Assembly: GCA_963674745.2 (NCBI GenBank)
Contig: CAXXDV010000001.1
Coordinates: 64,001 to 128,000 of the forward strand
Source of the DNA: Desulfosudaceae bacterium
Lineage (GTDB): Bacteria; Desulfobacterota; Desulfobacteria; Desulfobacterales; Desulfosudaceae
Direction: 5' to 3'
DNA: 64,000 nucleotides
Shown here: one piece after another, positions 28,681-38,874 of the stretch
Layout of the letters: each line of letters starts with the position of its first letter
Position numbering within the stretch: the first letter of the stretch is position 1
Notes under the pieces: model-generated
What the model saw: only the letters and a program-made list of their open reading frames with translations
Database searches by the model: none
Told to the model about the DNA's origin: nothing
Position numbers and translations under genes: made by a program

Positions 28681-30052
28681 TATCGTACTTCTTCATACGT
28701 TTCCAGATCGTTACCCGGCTGACCCCCAGTTCACGGGCGGCCTCGGACTGGTTCCAGGCACACCGGCGAAGCATCTGAAGCAGAGCCTCCCGTTCTTCAC
28801 CGCTGCTGATATTTCCTGACGCTTTGACCACCGGCCGGCTGTTTTTTTCCGACGAGAATTTCGCGGGCAGATGCTCCAGGTCGATACCACCACCCGGGCA
28901 CAGCACAAAGGCGTAATCAATGACATTACGAAGCTCCCGTACGTTTCCGGGCCAGTCATAAGCGGTCAGCGCGTCAAGGGCTTTAGGCGTTACACCGAAT
29001 ATTTTTTTACCGCTCTCCTGTGCGGTCTGACGGATAAAATGCTGAATAATGATGGGAATATCTTCCCGATGTTCCCGAAGAGCCGGGCAGTGAAGCGGAA
29101 ACACGTTTATCCTGAAGTAAAGGTCTTCGCGAAAGTCCTCTTTCGCAACGAGTGTCTCCAGGTTTTTATTGGTGGCCGTGATGATGCGCACATCAACCGA
29201 TATGGTTTTGTGTTCTCCCACCCGTTCGATCATTTTTTCTTCCAGAACCCGCAACAGTTTCACCTGGGTAGACAAGGGTATATCTCCGACTTCATCCAGA
29301 AAAATACTGCCTTCGTGGGCCGCTTCAAAACGGCCGGTGCGGTTCCGGTCGGCACCGGTAAAGGCGCCTTTCACATGGCCGAAAAGCTCGCTTTCAAGGA
29401 GGTTGTCATTTAAAGCCGCACAGTTGACCTTGACGAACGGTTTGTCCCTGCGGGGGCCTGCTTCATGAAGGGCCCTGGCGACCAGTTCTTTGCCTGTGCC
29501 GCTCTCTCCTGATATCATCACCGGCGCGTTGGTGTTTGAAACATTTTCGATCAACTCGAACAGATTCCGCATGACCGAAGATTTTCCCATGATACCGTGA
29601 TATCCGTCATCCAGATGATAGGTTTTGCGCAGATTCTCAATTTCCTGCTGCTGCCGGATAATCTGGGATATATCCGTCAGGGTCTCGACCACCCCGATAA
29701 TTTCATTATTTTCGTCTCTCAACACCGTGCCGCTTTTAAGCACATGCATCGTGCGCCGGTCTTTATGCATCATCAGGCACTTTTTATCCCGCACCTGCCC
29801 TTTTGTAAAAAGCTTGCACCATTTTTCGCCGGGTCCTTCAGCGTAAATTTTGCACCCCGTGCAATTCAAAATCCGGCAATCCTTATGCTTAAGCTCCGCT
29901 TCAGAATAACCCGTCAATTTCTCGGCAGCCGGATTGGCGGCCAGGATTCTTCCCATGGTATCAATAACGATCAGCCCGTCTTTTACCATATCCATAATCG
30001 GCTTCCAGTACTTGCTGATATCCAGTGCTTGATCCGACATAATATTCTCCAT
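28664..30052 (-). CDS. PAS-domain sigma54-dependent activator (bEBP, Fis HTH)
   Basis: [38 protein letters not shown]-terminal HTH; Cys-rich PAS. Confidence 0.96.
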   Translation of the reverse strand: MENIMSDQALDISKYWKPIMDMVKDGLIVIDTMGRILAANPAAEKLTGYSEAELKHKDCRILNCTGCKIYAEGPGEKWCKLFTKGQVRDKKCLMMHKDRRTMHVLKSGTVLRDENNEIIGVVETLTDISQIIRQQQEIENLRKTYHLDDGYHGIMGKSSVMRNLFELIENVSNTNAPVMISGESGTGKELVARALHEAGPRRDKPFVKVNCAALNDNLLESELFGHVKGAFTGADRNRTGRFEAAHEGSIFLDEVGDIPLSTQVKLLRVLEEKMIERVGEHKTISVDVRIITATNKNLETLVAKEDFREDLYFRINVFPLHCPALREHREDIPIIIQHFIRQTAQESGKKIFGVTPKALDALTAYDWPGNVRELRNVIDYAFVLCPGGGIDLEHLPAKFSSEKNSRPVVKASGNISSGEEREALLQMLRRCAWNQSEAARELGVSRVTIWKRMKKYDIKRPE

Positions 30053-30080
30053 ATATCTGTTTAATCAGAGAAGCAACACA

Positions 30081-30109
30081 TGTTAACAGGAGTTTAACAT
30101 GTGTTAACA
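30081..30109. promoter_or_regulatory. candidate enhancer (UAS) boxes
   Basis: TGTTAACA at 30081 and 30102, GTTTAACA at 30092. Confidence 0.6.
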
Positions 30110-30239
30110 TAAAAAGCCAATATTAACGATTACAAGCGCTTATCGCCATTGCCCGGGAAGGCCTGCAGCCACCCCGAAAAGAAGGCAACCATCCGGAATA
30201 AAAAACATATCAATAAAAATCCCTTTCCGTTTTGTTGTT

Positions 30240-30254
30240 TGGCACACTCATTGC
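30240..30254 (+). promoter_or_regulatory. sigma54 (-24/-12) promoter
   Basis: TGGCAC-ACTCA-TTGC matches the consensus; divergent from the bEBP gene. Confidence 0.88.
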
Positions 30255-30320
30255 GTAAGCCTGAGAAAAAAAGCGTTCACAAATCAAATTTTTGATTATT
30301 TTAAAAACAGGGAGGGAGAG

Positions 30321-32075
30321 ATGAAACTTAACCAATCATCACACCAATTATTCATTATTCTGGCAGGTATTTTATGTTTAATATCGGCCCCCGCCATGGC
30401 ACAAAACTGCGCCTCAAAAGATTCAAATAATGGTTGTGCCGTAAAAGAACTGAAGCAGGAAATTAAAACGCTTCAGAAAAAAATTGAAGCCCTGGAGAAA
30501 AAAAGCAACTGGGCCCTGGATGACATTGATGATCTGAGTGATCGTGTCGACAAAGCCGAGATGCACACGGCGACAGACAAGCTTTCGTTTTCCGTGGACT
30601 TCAGGACCCGGGCCGACAGCATTCATTATGATGATATGAGGGCAGCCCCGGCCAGTCTGGTGGGCAAATTTTTCAGCCCCGTCCCCAGTGATCCGAATTT
30701 TCCCACCACAATGGAGGGTTTCGGGCAGTTGATGATGATGCCGGTCGAACAGATCCGGGGCATGATGGGCCTGATGCAAATGGCCGGGATGGTTCCCTCT
30801 CCCGAAAAACGCGATGCGGACAATGACATCATCTATACCAACCGGCTGCGCCTGGATATGAAGTCCCGGTTTAACAACAATTTAAGTTTCCATGGCCGCC
30901 TGGCCGCCTACAAGGTGTTCGGCGACAGCACCGGCGTCAAATTCAACCAGGGCAGCCTCGGCGATGTGACCCTTGACGGGACCACCTCCAGCCTCCCCCA
31001 CGGGGATACCCTTCACATGGAAAGGGCCTATTTCGTATACAAAAACCAGGCCGGTAAAATCCCGCTCAATTTCTCTTTAGGCCGCCGCCCCTCGACTGAC
31101 GGTGCGCCGCTGGAATACGGAAACTACAGCCTGGTCGGCGGATCACCGGCCGCCACCATTATCAACTGGCAGTTTGACGGTGCTTCTCTGACCTTTGGCC
31201 TGGAAGAGGTCACCGGTATCCCCGGGGCTTCGTTCAAGCTCTGTTATGGCGTCGGCTTTGAATCCGACTGGGGGAACAGCGCCTCTTTGAACTACTCCCA
31301 ATCGGATATTGAAGATGTTCATATGTTCGGCTTTATTTCCGACCTTTATGATGACGGCAACACCAGCCTCATGTTTAATTACGCCCATGCCTGGGACATT
31401 ACCGACGGGTTTACCGGCATCGCCGTCATGCCCTTTATCATTGCCAGGCAGGACACCAACGCGGACGGTATGGCCGAATACTACTTCTCACAGAACAGCG
31501 GCGGATTCATCAGCCGTCTTGAGCCCATGACCAACCTGGGTGACTGGGACGCGGCCACGCTTGTCTTCAAGACCAACCTGGCCAAGACCGTGGCCGATAT
31601 CGATCTGTTCCTGGCCGGGTCATGGACCCATACCGATCCGGATGAAATTTCAAAAAACCCGTTCTATGAAATGATGGGTATGGGCCTGCTGAGCTCAAAC
31701 GGCGACCTGGAGAAAAGAGACGGTTACGGCATCTATGCCGGCGCGCTTTTCCCCATGCCTAAGGATGCCCGCCTGGGACTTGAATACAACCGGGGATCGA
31801 AATACTGGTTTAACTTTACCGGCGCCGAAGATTCTCTGATCGCAAGCAAGCTGGCGGTGCGCGGTAGCGTTTATGAGGCCTATTATATCCAGCCCATCTT
31901 CGCGAAGAACTTTTTCATCAAGCTCGGCGCCCAGCTGTATGATTACAAGTACACCGGCAGCGGCAATCCGCTCGGCGCGCCGGTCAAAATTTCCGGTGCC
32001 TCGGCACTGGACGCCATTAATCCGGTTGTCGATAAAGTGTGGAACTACTATGCCTCTGCTACACTTAATTTCTAA
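30321..32075 (+). CDS. DUF3373-type outer-membrane beta-barrel protein
   Basis: Signal peptide, coiled coil, DFRTR, YTNRLRLDM, ERAYF, GRRPSTDG.P, C-terminal Phe. Confidence 0.82.
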   Translation: MKLNQSSHQLFIILAGILCLISAPAMAQNCASKDSNNGCAVKELKQEIKTLQKKIEALEKKSNWALDDIDDLSDRVDKAEMHTATDKLSFSVDFRTRADSIHYDDMRAAPASLVGKFFSPVPSDPNFPTTMEGFGQLMMMPVEQIRGMMGLMQMAGMVPSPEKRDADNDIIYTNRLRLDMKSRFNNNLSFHGRLAAYKVFGDSTGVKFNQGSLGDVTLDGTTSSLPHGDTLHMERAYFVYKNQAGKIPLNFSLGRRPSTDGAPLEYGNYSLVGGSPAATIINWQFDGASLTFGLEEVTGIPGASFKLCYGVGFESDWGNSASLNYSQSDIEDVHMFGFISDLYDDGNTSLMFNYAHAWDITDGFTGIAVMPFIIARQDTNADGMAEYYFSQNSGGFISRLEPMTNLGDWDAATLVFKTNLAKTVADIDLFLAGSWTHTDPDEISKNPFYEMMGMGLLSSNGDLEKRDGYGIYAGALFPMPKDARLGLEYNRGSKYWFNFTGAEDSLIASKLAVRGSVYEAYYIQPIFAKNFFIKLGAQLYDYKYTGSGNPLGAPVKISGASALDAINPVVDKVWNYYASATLNF

Positions 32076-32183
32076 TCAAGTGAAAAGCGTCGTCGTACTG
32101 ATAAAAGATGTTGACCAGCAGATTGAAGGGCTGCGCCTGAGCCTTCTCCAGGATGACATGGAAGTCAAAATGGAAACCGATAA

Positions 32184-32488
32184 ATGGCAGACAAGCTTGG
32201 AATTCTGGTCACAAACGACAGATACATGACATATGTGGTAAATATGACGGATGCCGCCTGTGCCAGAAAAAAGAAGGTTTCTGTTTTTTTACCGGCCGGG
32301 GGGTTAAGCTGACCCAGACCCCCCTGTTCAAAAAACTGACGACTATTGCGGAGGTGTCTGTCTGCGAGGCCAGTTTTCGGGCGCTGGGTCTTTCAGAAAC
32401 CGCCTGCGGTATGGCTTTTAACCAATTTACCTCTCCGGCGTCAAATGCGGAAATGATCAATGGCTGTGACAGGCTGGTGGTGTTTTAG
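32184..32488 (+). pseudogene. DsrE-like protein split by a frameshift in a T7 run (or an assembly indel)
   Basis: ATG 32184 reads MADKLGILVTNDRYM..KKKVSVF and then stops; one extra T at 32284-32290 joins it to FTGRGVKL..VCEAS..CDRLVVF. Confidence 0.7.
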
Positions 32489-32559
32489 CGCCCTGATATA
32501 TGTTTTTTAATTATTTTGATGTATTATAACAAACGAACCAATTGAGGGAGGGAACAATC

Positions 32560-32889
32560 ATGATCAAAAAAACATTTGCATCCATTATGGCCATCATGCT
32601 GGTGTTAAGCTTTATCGGCATCTGCCTGGCGTTTGAAGCCGGGAACGAAAGAAAAGGAAAATACCTCTTTCGCAGCAATTGCCGGACTTGTCACAAAGAC
32701 GGCGCCGGTGCCGCGGCACTGTCCCCCACCAGCAAGACACAGGCTCAGTGGGAACGGGCCTTTGAAAAATTTGAGCGCCTGGAATGTGCTAAAGAGTGGG
32801 AAAAACTTTCCGAAGCCGACAGAAACGATATTCTGACCTATCTTTTCAATCATGCCTTTGATTCACCGTCACCGGCCACCTGTGATTAA
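32560..32889 (+). CDS. periplasmic monoheme cytochrome c
   Basis: Signal peptide, CRTCH, KTQAQW, HAFDSPSPATC. Confidence 0.9.
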   Translation: MIKKTFASIMAIMLVLSFIGICLAFEAGNERKGKYLFRSNCRTCHKDGAGAAALSPTSKTQAQWERAFEKFERLECAKEWEKLSEADRNDILTYLFNHAFDSPSPATCD

Positions 32890-32922
32890 CTTTTTTAAGT
32901 CCGGCAGGACCGTTAAAAATAA

Positions 32923-33066
32923 AGGGTATCTCTACAAATTAGAATTTTGATTCGAGGTCAAGGCGTGCGAAAATTTTAACCGGAGGAATACATTGAAGTA
33001 TTTCGAGGATTAAAATTTGAGCACAACGCCGACATCGGGCCAAAAGGCAATTTTTAGAGGTGCCCT
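32923..33066. mobile_element. MITE-like element of about 144 bp
   Basis: Terminal inverted repeats AGGGTATCTCTACAAATT / AATTTTTAGAGGTGCCCT, internal AAATTTTAA..GGA..AATAC / GTATT..GA..TTAAAATTT symmetry, no ORF. Confidence 0.75.
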
Positions 33067-33086
33067 AAAGTGAAAGGACAGACGGT

Positions 33087-34703
33087 TTGATGTTCTTACC
33101 AAATAAAAAGGCGGTCGTTTTCATCGCCCTGGCCGGTCTAATGTCGCTGATGGTCTTTTCCGGATCATTTGCCGATGAAAGCGAAAAAGCGCCGGGCAGA
33201 ACCATGGCCGACCAGGCGACAAAAGGGATAGAACACTGGTCAACAACGGACCACAGTAAATTTCCGGTGCTTGATCGGGAGTTTAAATCCGGTTCTGAAA
33301 TTACACAAGCGTGCCTTTCCTGCCATACGGAAGCCGAGGAGCAGTTCCATAAGACCATTCACTGGACCTGGTTGTCACCATACGATGTTGACGGCACACT
33401 GGGCAAAGCCGGTTACTCGGTCAACAACTTCTGTGTTTCCGCCAACAAGATGGAAGACAAAGAGTGCTCCCATTGCCATGTGGGTTGGGACGGCAAGGAA
33501 GACGGGATCAACTGCCTGCTGTGCCACAGCCAGAAGGAAATCAGATGGCGGGACGAGTTCGCCGATTACCATTTTTTCATGGAGATGGGGGATCGGGAAA
33601 TCGCCGACGAAATCCAGCAGAAAATCAAGTCCGGCGCCAAGGACATCGGCCTGCCGGAACGCACCCACTGCGGCAGCTGTCACTTTTACGGCGGTGGTGG
33701 TGAAGCGGTCAAACACGGCGACCTGGACGCGTCCCTGATCAATCCCAAGAAAACACTGGACGTCCATATGGGAATCGACGGACAGAATTTCCGTTGTACC
33801 CGATGCCATACGACCAGCTTTCATCGCATTGCCGGACGGGTCTATTCCACGCCCGCCGTAACCCACCGGAAAAGCCTGGTTGAATCGGACCTGGTGCCGA
33901 AAATCATGTGCGAATCCTGCCATACGGCGACGCCCCATAAAAAAGGGCATAAAGCAAATGACCACACCGACCGGGTGGCCTGCCAGAGCTGCCATATCCC
34001 GGAATTCGCCCGTGCCCATGCCACCATGATGTGGTGGGACTGGTCAACGGCCGGGAAATTAAAAGACGGCAAGCCTTACCGGGAAAAAGGGGAATGGGAC
34101 CGGCCGACTTACAAATCGATCAAGGGTACGTTCAGGTGGGACAAGAATGTGACGCCTGAATATTACTGGTATAACGGCTCCCTGTCCACCATCACCGCCA
34201 GGGATGTGATTGACCCGACCCAGCCTGTCTGGCTGAGCAAGCCGGCCGGCAGTCGGGAAGATCCCAATGCCCGTATATTTCCTTTCAAGGTGCATCGAGG
34301 CAACACCCCTTATGACAAGGTTCATAACACCATGCTGACCATGCTCGAGTCAGAAGAAGTAAACGGTTTCTGGAAAACATTCGACTGGCAGGATTCCATG
34401 GAAAAGGGCATGAAAATAATGGATCTGCCCTACTCCGGTGAGATCGGATTTGTGAAAACCAACTATGTTTATCCGACCACTCACATGGTGGCGCCCAAGG
34501 ATAACGTGGTGGACTGCATCGAATGCCACGCGGTCAAAGGCAGCAGGCTGGCATCGCTGACCGAGTTTTATATGCCCGGCCGGGATCACTTCAAATTTTT
34601 GGACATTCTCGGCTGGCTGGGTGTTCTGGCGGCAGCGGGCGGTATTTCGCTGCATGCCACCGGCCGGTATGTGGCAGGAATCACCAGGGGAAAGGAAAAA
34701 TAA
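33087..34703 (+). CDS. octaheme c-type cytochrome, tetrathionate reductase (Otr) family
   Basis: Eight CxxCH motifs (CLSCH, CSHCH, CLLCH, CGSCH, CTRCH, CESCH, CQSCH, CIECH), NNFC, VKHGDLD, WDWSTAG, HMVAPK, C-terminal TM. Confidence 0.9.
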   Translation: MMFLPNKKAVVFIALAGLMSLMVFSGSFADESEKAPGRTMADQATKGIEHWSTTDHSKFPVLDREFKSGSEITQACLSCHTEAEEQFHKTIHWTWLSPYDVDGTLGKAGYSVNNFCVSANKMEDKECSHCHVGWDGKEDGINCLLCHSQKEIRWRDEFADYHFFMEMGDREIADEIQQKIKSGAKDIGLPERTHCGSCHFYGGGGEAVKHGDLDASLINPKKTLDVHMGIDGQNFRCTRCHTTSFHRIAGRVYSTPAVTHRKSLVESDLVPKIMCESCHTATPHKKGHKANDHTDRVACQSCHIPEFARAHATMMWWDWSTAGKLKDGKPYREKGEWDRPTYKSIKGTFRWDKNVTPEYYWYNGSLSTITARDVIDPTQPVWLSKPAGSREDPNARIFPFKVHRGNTPYDKVHNTMLTMLESEEVNGFWKTFDWQDSMEKGMKIMDLPYSGEIGFVKTNYVYPTTHMVAPKDNVVDCIECHAVKGSRLASLTEFYMPGRDHFKFLDILGWLGVLAAAGGISLHATGRYVAGITRGKEK

Positions 34704-35348
34704 ATGTCAGCCACAATGATGAAAATATACCTTTACACCCGCTATGAACGTTCCTGGCACTGGTTTCAGATGGTATTGATTGCGATTTTGCTGGTTACCG
34801 GTTTTGAAGTTCATGGCACGTTCAGCCTGCTGGGTTATGAAACGGCGGTGCGTATCCATAATGTTGTCGGTATCACCTGGCTGGTCACCTTCGCGTTTTT
34901 TGTTTTCTGGATTTTTACGACCGGAGAATGGAAACAGTATATTCCCACCACCAAAAAAGTGCTGGCCGTTGCGCTTTATTACAGCTACGGCATTTTCCGG
35001 GGCGAACCCCATCCGGTCCCCAAGCAAAAAAACGCCAAGCACAACCCCCTTCAGCGCTTGACCTATCTGGGGCTGGCAGCGGTGCTGCTTCCGGCCCAGA
35101 TGCTCACGGGTGTTTTGTACTGGACCTACAACGCCTGGGCCGGTTGGGGGATTGACGCGCTGACGCTGGGTATGGTGGCCTTTGCTCACACGGCCCTGGC
35201 CTTTGCGGTGCTGATATTTCTAATCGTTCATATCTATATGACCACCACCGGCCACACGATTTTTGCCCATATAAAAGGCATGATAACGGGCTGGGAGGAA
35301 ATCGAAGAAGGCACCCATATAGAGGACTGGGAGCACAAAACCAAATAA
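34704..35348 (+). CDS. cytochrome b/b6-domain membrane subunit (PhsC-like)
   Basis: ERSWHW, TTGEWKQY, KHNPLQRLTY, HIYMTTTG, MITGWE; four TM helices with heme His residues. Confidence 0.9.
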   Translation: MSATMMKIYLYTRYERSWHWFQMVLIAILLVTGFEVHGTFSLLGYETAVRIHNVVGITWLVTFAFFVFWIFTTGEWKQYIPTTKKVLAVALYYSYGIFRGEPHPVPKQKNAKHNPLQRLTYLGLAAVLLPAQMLTGVLYWTYNAWAGWGIDALTLGMVAFAHTALAFAVLIFLIVHIYMTTTGHTIFAHIKGMITGWEEIEEGTHIEDWEHKTK

Positions 35349-35350
35349 AA

Positions 35351-36847
35351 TTAATCCGCTTTTGAAAACTGCTCCTCAAACAGCTCGGTGCGGTCAAACG
35401 CCTGCCAGTAGTTGATTGACAGGCTGCGGATGTGGGCGAAATATTCAGGCCCCAGTCCGCCGAAACGATCAATGGCGGCACGGATATCGGCCTTGATGCG
35501 GCGGACATACTCAGGCTTGAGCACCAGGGTCAGAACGACGTCCCCTTTCTGAAATCTGGCGCCGGGGATATTGTCGCCTTCCAGGACCCTGATCGTGCCC
35601 CTTCCCAGGCTGGCCCCGGTGGATACCTGAAGGCCGTCATTCATGCAGCTCAGCGGCGGTTTCAAACCGGCCATTGAGACGACTTTTAAGGTATCAAACG
35701 GGGCATCAAGTATTTCACGGGCCCGGACGCCCATTTTGGCACCGACCAGGGAATAAATCCCCAGGTGACGATGCAGCTCGTTGGTCAGCAGGCAGGCCTT
35801 CCACTCTTCCCGGCCATATCGCGCTATGATATCGTCCACCACAGGCTCGACATCCGGCCGCATCATATCTGCGACCTCGGGAAACACCTTCAATACGACA
35901 CTCCGGCGGGGATCCAGATGGAAATCAGCCGGATTGCCCAGCAACCGGACGTAAGCGCTTTTAACGGCATCCTGATCAAATCCGGTCAATTGAAAGCACC
36001 CGGGGAATTCTTTACAGGGCGCAAAATCAAATGCCGGCATCCGGTTGACGTAAACGACCGCCATCTCATCCCATACGCGCATGTGCCCGTTTGCAATCCG
36101 CTCCCGGACTTCAGGTGTATTGTGCAGTGTTTCAAGCAGTTGGGCCGCTTTCGAATCCGTGGCACAAACCTTCGGGAAAACATCACCCAAAGCAAGGTTA
36201 CGGTTATCCGGGAGGCCAAGCGCGTAAACCGGGACACCGGACCCGAAAACCGTTTTGGCGGCCGCTTTATCCCGCGCGGTGTTCCATCCGGGTGAATCCC
36301 CTTCCGGCGCGCCGCCCGCATAAATTACCCGGTGAATCTTTTTGATTATCTCAGGCTCAATCATGATGGCCTCGGCCAGGTTGGTCATGGGGCCGAGACA
36401 GACATACAGTACCTCGGCATCCGCAGTAATAACGGTTGAAACAATCCGGTCCACGGCGGAGATGTCACCCTGGGCACAATGCGGAACCTGTTGATCCCCG
36501 CAATCCGGCCAGTTCAGCGCCTTGTTTAAAGCCCTGAAGGGCGGCCCCTCCAGAGTCAACTTTTTCCCGCCGGCCACCGGAATATTCGGGTGGTCCAGGC
36601 AACGCAGCAGCCGCTGGATGGATTGTTCGGCATCTTTTGGCGCAAGCACGCCGTCGGAGGTAACGATCAGGCGGATGTCTGCTGTCCCGGCATTCAACAG
36701 CATGGCAATAGCGCGAAGATCGTCCGCCGCCCCGTCCGTGTCGATAATCACCGGCAGGTAAACATCATGAGCCGGCACTGTCACGGGCCATAAAACAACG
36801 GCCAGTATTATTACTTTAAGCAAATTCATCAGGCGATTCACTATCAT
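35351..36847 (-). CDS. exported nucleoside-hydrolase-fold protein fused to an FmdE-like domain
   Basis: Signal peptide, IDTDGAADD, LGPMTNLA, WN...D..AA, WD; C-terminal ELHRHLG..GAKMG..SCMNDGLQVSTGASLGRG. Confidence 0.8.
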   Translation of the reverse strand: MIVNRLMNLLKVIILAVVLWPVTVPAHDVYLPVIIDTDGAADDLRAIAMLLNAGTADIRLIVTSDGVLAPKDAEQSIQRLLRCLDHPNIPVAGGKKLTLEGPPFRALNKALNWPDCGDQQVPHCAQGDISAVDRIVSTVITADAEVLYVCLGPMTNLAEAIMIEPEIIKKIHRVIYAGGAPEGDSPGWNTARDKAAAKTVFGSGVPVYALGLPDNRNLALGDVFPKVCATDSKAAQLLETLHNTPEVRERIANGHMRVWDEMAVVYVNRMPAFDFAPCKEFPGCFQLTGFDQDAVKSAYVRLLGNPADFHLDPRRSVVLKVFPEVADMMRPDVEPVVDDIIARYGREEWKACLLTNELHRHLGIYSLVGAKMGVRAREILDAPFDTLKVVSMAGLKPPLSCMNDGLQVSTGASLGRGTIRVLEGDNIPGARFQKGDVVLTLVLKPEYVRRIKADIRAAIDRFGGLGPEYFAHIRSLSINYWQAFDRTELFEEQFSKAD

Positions 36848-36862
36848 TTCCTCAACTGTATA

Positions 36863-38815
36863 TTAAAACATTAACGACACACCGGCCATACCGTTGATTC
36901 CGGGCATGGGGTATCCCGGACGATACTCATAGTCGGTGTCCGTCAGGTTCTCTCCGGCCACGAAGACCTTCCCGCTGATCCCATTCTGAGCCAGGCTGAA
37001 ATGATAACTGAGCTTGGCATTGACAACCGTATAGCTGTCCACTGTCAGCGTGTTTTCCGCCGCAGCCTTGCGTACCTGGGAGTTGACATACATTTCATCC
37101 AGGTACTGGACATCGGCGCTGAAGGTGAACTTGTTTAAAAAGCACCAGTTTAATCCCGAGCTCAACGTTGTTTCCGGTGCATAGGGAAGATCGGAAGGAT
37201 CCGAACGCAGAAAGGTGGCGCCGAAAAACAGGGCCAGGTTCTCAGCCGGGTTGATACTGACGGATGCCTCCACGCCCTTGGTCACATATTTTTCCACATT
37301 GTCATATACCGGTTTGGAGGTGATCGGTGGTGTGACAAACACATAACGGTCTTTGCCGTCATTGTAGAACCAGGTCAATTCCACGCGGGCCAGCCGGCCG
37401 AATGTCCGGGCGATGCCTGCTTCATAATGATCCATTATTTCAGGATCCAGGTCTTTCCAGCTCTCCTGGAGCATGGGGATCACCTCTTCGGAAAAAGCCA
37501 CCACATCCAGCCCGGGATAAACCACCCCGCGGGAATAACCGGCATGACAGGTCAACGCGTCAAATTGAACCAGAAGCCCTGCGTGAGGCGCGTATTTTTC
37601 ACCGAAATCCGAATTATCATAATATCGGACACCGGCCGAAGGCGTGACGGTCAGTCCGTCTTTATCGCCAATCGTATGGCTGACGGCCGCATACGGGGAA
37701 ACCATGGTAAAGTCATGACCGTCCCAGTGGTCCGTTGTTCCGTCGGAAAAATATTTCCGGTAATCTCCATCCGTGCATTCCCAGTCCAGGCCGGTAATGA
37801 TTTCCCCGCCCGCCCAGGGGGAAAAGGCTTCTCTTGACTTTACGCCGTAAAACTCAAAATCATTATACAGGTCCTCAAAAACGCCATCGGTCTCCGTCGG
37901 CTGATCCAGCCAGTCACCCTCACCGGCATTCCGATAAAACTTGATAAACCCGTCGGCACCGGCAAAGCGGTTGGTCAGCGTAAGCGTCACCAGACCGGCC
38001 GAAGTTTCATATGTCCCCTCGCGCTCTGTTGCCAGAGCCCCTTCCTGCCCCGGGTCCTCGGCGGAATTATCCGAATACAAACCCAGAAAATTGATTCCCC
38101 AGTAATCGCTCAGTTGATATCCGAACCGGCCGTATACATTACCGGTCTCTCCTTCGGAGTGGCTCCGGTGACCGTCGGAACGGTGGTAACCGCCGCTGAT
38201 AAAATAATCTGACCGCTCAAAACGTCCGCTGTTCTGCGCTTTGGCAATGGCTGTATCATAGCTGCCGGCGGCAATTTCAATGGTGGACGACACGCCTTCC
38301 GCCGTGCCGTACCGGGGAACAATATTAACGGCGGCCACGGCATTGCCGAAATTCTGGGGCTGAGGATTTTTGTACACTTCAACGGAACGGGCCATATCAA
38401 TGGCCATCAGGTCCATGAGCGGATGGTTCCAGATACTCATGTACATGGGGACACCATCGATAAAGGTTTTGATCTCGGCTCCCGGACGGCTGGACCCCAT
38501 GCCGCGAATAAACACGGCCCCGCCTTCGCCGCCGCCGAAAGAACCGACCGGGTTATAGCGAGAAATATTCACACCCGGTGTTTTCCGCAAAGCCGCCGTT
38601 ATGTCCTGGGCATTTAAATCATCAATCTGCTCTTCAGAAACCAGGGTTTTCTGGCCGGCATACCGGTCGACCAGATTGCCTTCGATAATGGGTGAGGCGA
38701 CCACATGCATATCATCCAGTTGACAGGCTTCTTCCGCCATAACCGGCCCGGCCGCCAGCAGGCAGATAAAAAACCCGGTCAGTGTTTTATTGATTATGAA
38801 ACCACGCCTTAACAT
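36863..38815 (-). CDS. TonB-dependent receptor
   Basis: Plug ALRKTPGV..IRGMG..IDGVP..VEVYK, C-terminal ENLTDTDY..GYPMPG..F. Confidence 0.93.
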   Translation of the reverse strand: MLRRGFIINKTLTGFFICLLAAGPVMAEEACQLDDMHVVASPIIEGNLVDRYAGQKTLVSEEQIDDLNAQDITAALRKTPGVNISRYNPVGSFGGGEGGAVFIRGMGSSRPGAEIKTFIDGVPMYMSIWNHPLMDLMAIDMARSVEVYKNPQPQNFGNAVAAVNIVPRYGTAEGVSSTIEIAAGSYDTAIAKAQNSGRFERSDYFISGGYHRSDGHRSHSEGETGNVYGRFGYQLSDYWGINFLGLYSDNSAEDPGQEGALATEREGTYETSAGLVTLTLTNRFAGADGFIKFYRNAGEGDWLDQPTETDGVFEDLYNDFEFYGVKSREAFSPWAGGEIITGLDWECTDGDYRKYFSDGTTDHWDGHDFTMVSPYAAVSHTIGDKDGLTVTPSAGVRYYDNSDFGEKYAPHAGLLVQFDALTCHAGYSRGVVYPGLDVVAFSEEVIPMLQESWKDLDPEIMDHYEAGIARTFGRLARVELTWFYNDGKDRYVFVTPPITSKPVYDNVEKYVTKGVEASVSINPAENLALFFGATFLRSDPSDLPYAPETTLSSGLNWCFLNKFTFSADVQYLDEMYVNSQVRKAAAENTLTVDSYTVVNAKLSYHFSLAQNGISGKVFVAGENLTDTDYEYRPGYPMPGINGMAGVSLMF

Positions 38816-38874
38816 ATTGTCCTCCTTTTAAAATGTGTCCGTTAAAGTGCGTGCCTTTTCAAGGCGGGCTTTTT

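Noticed and set aside
32153..32488. 111-aa ORF as annotated in the track
   Set aside because: Its N-terminus is out of frame with the plausible start at 32184; treated as a frameshifted gene instead
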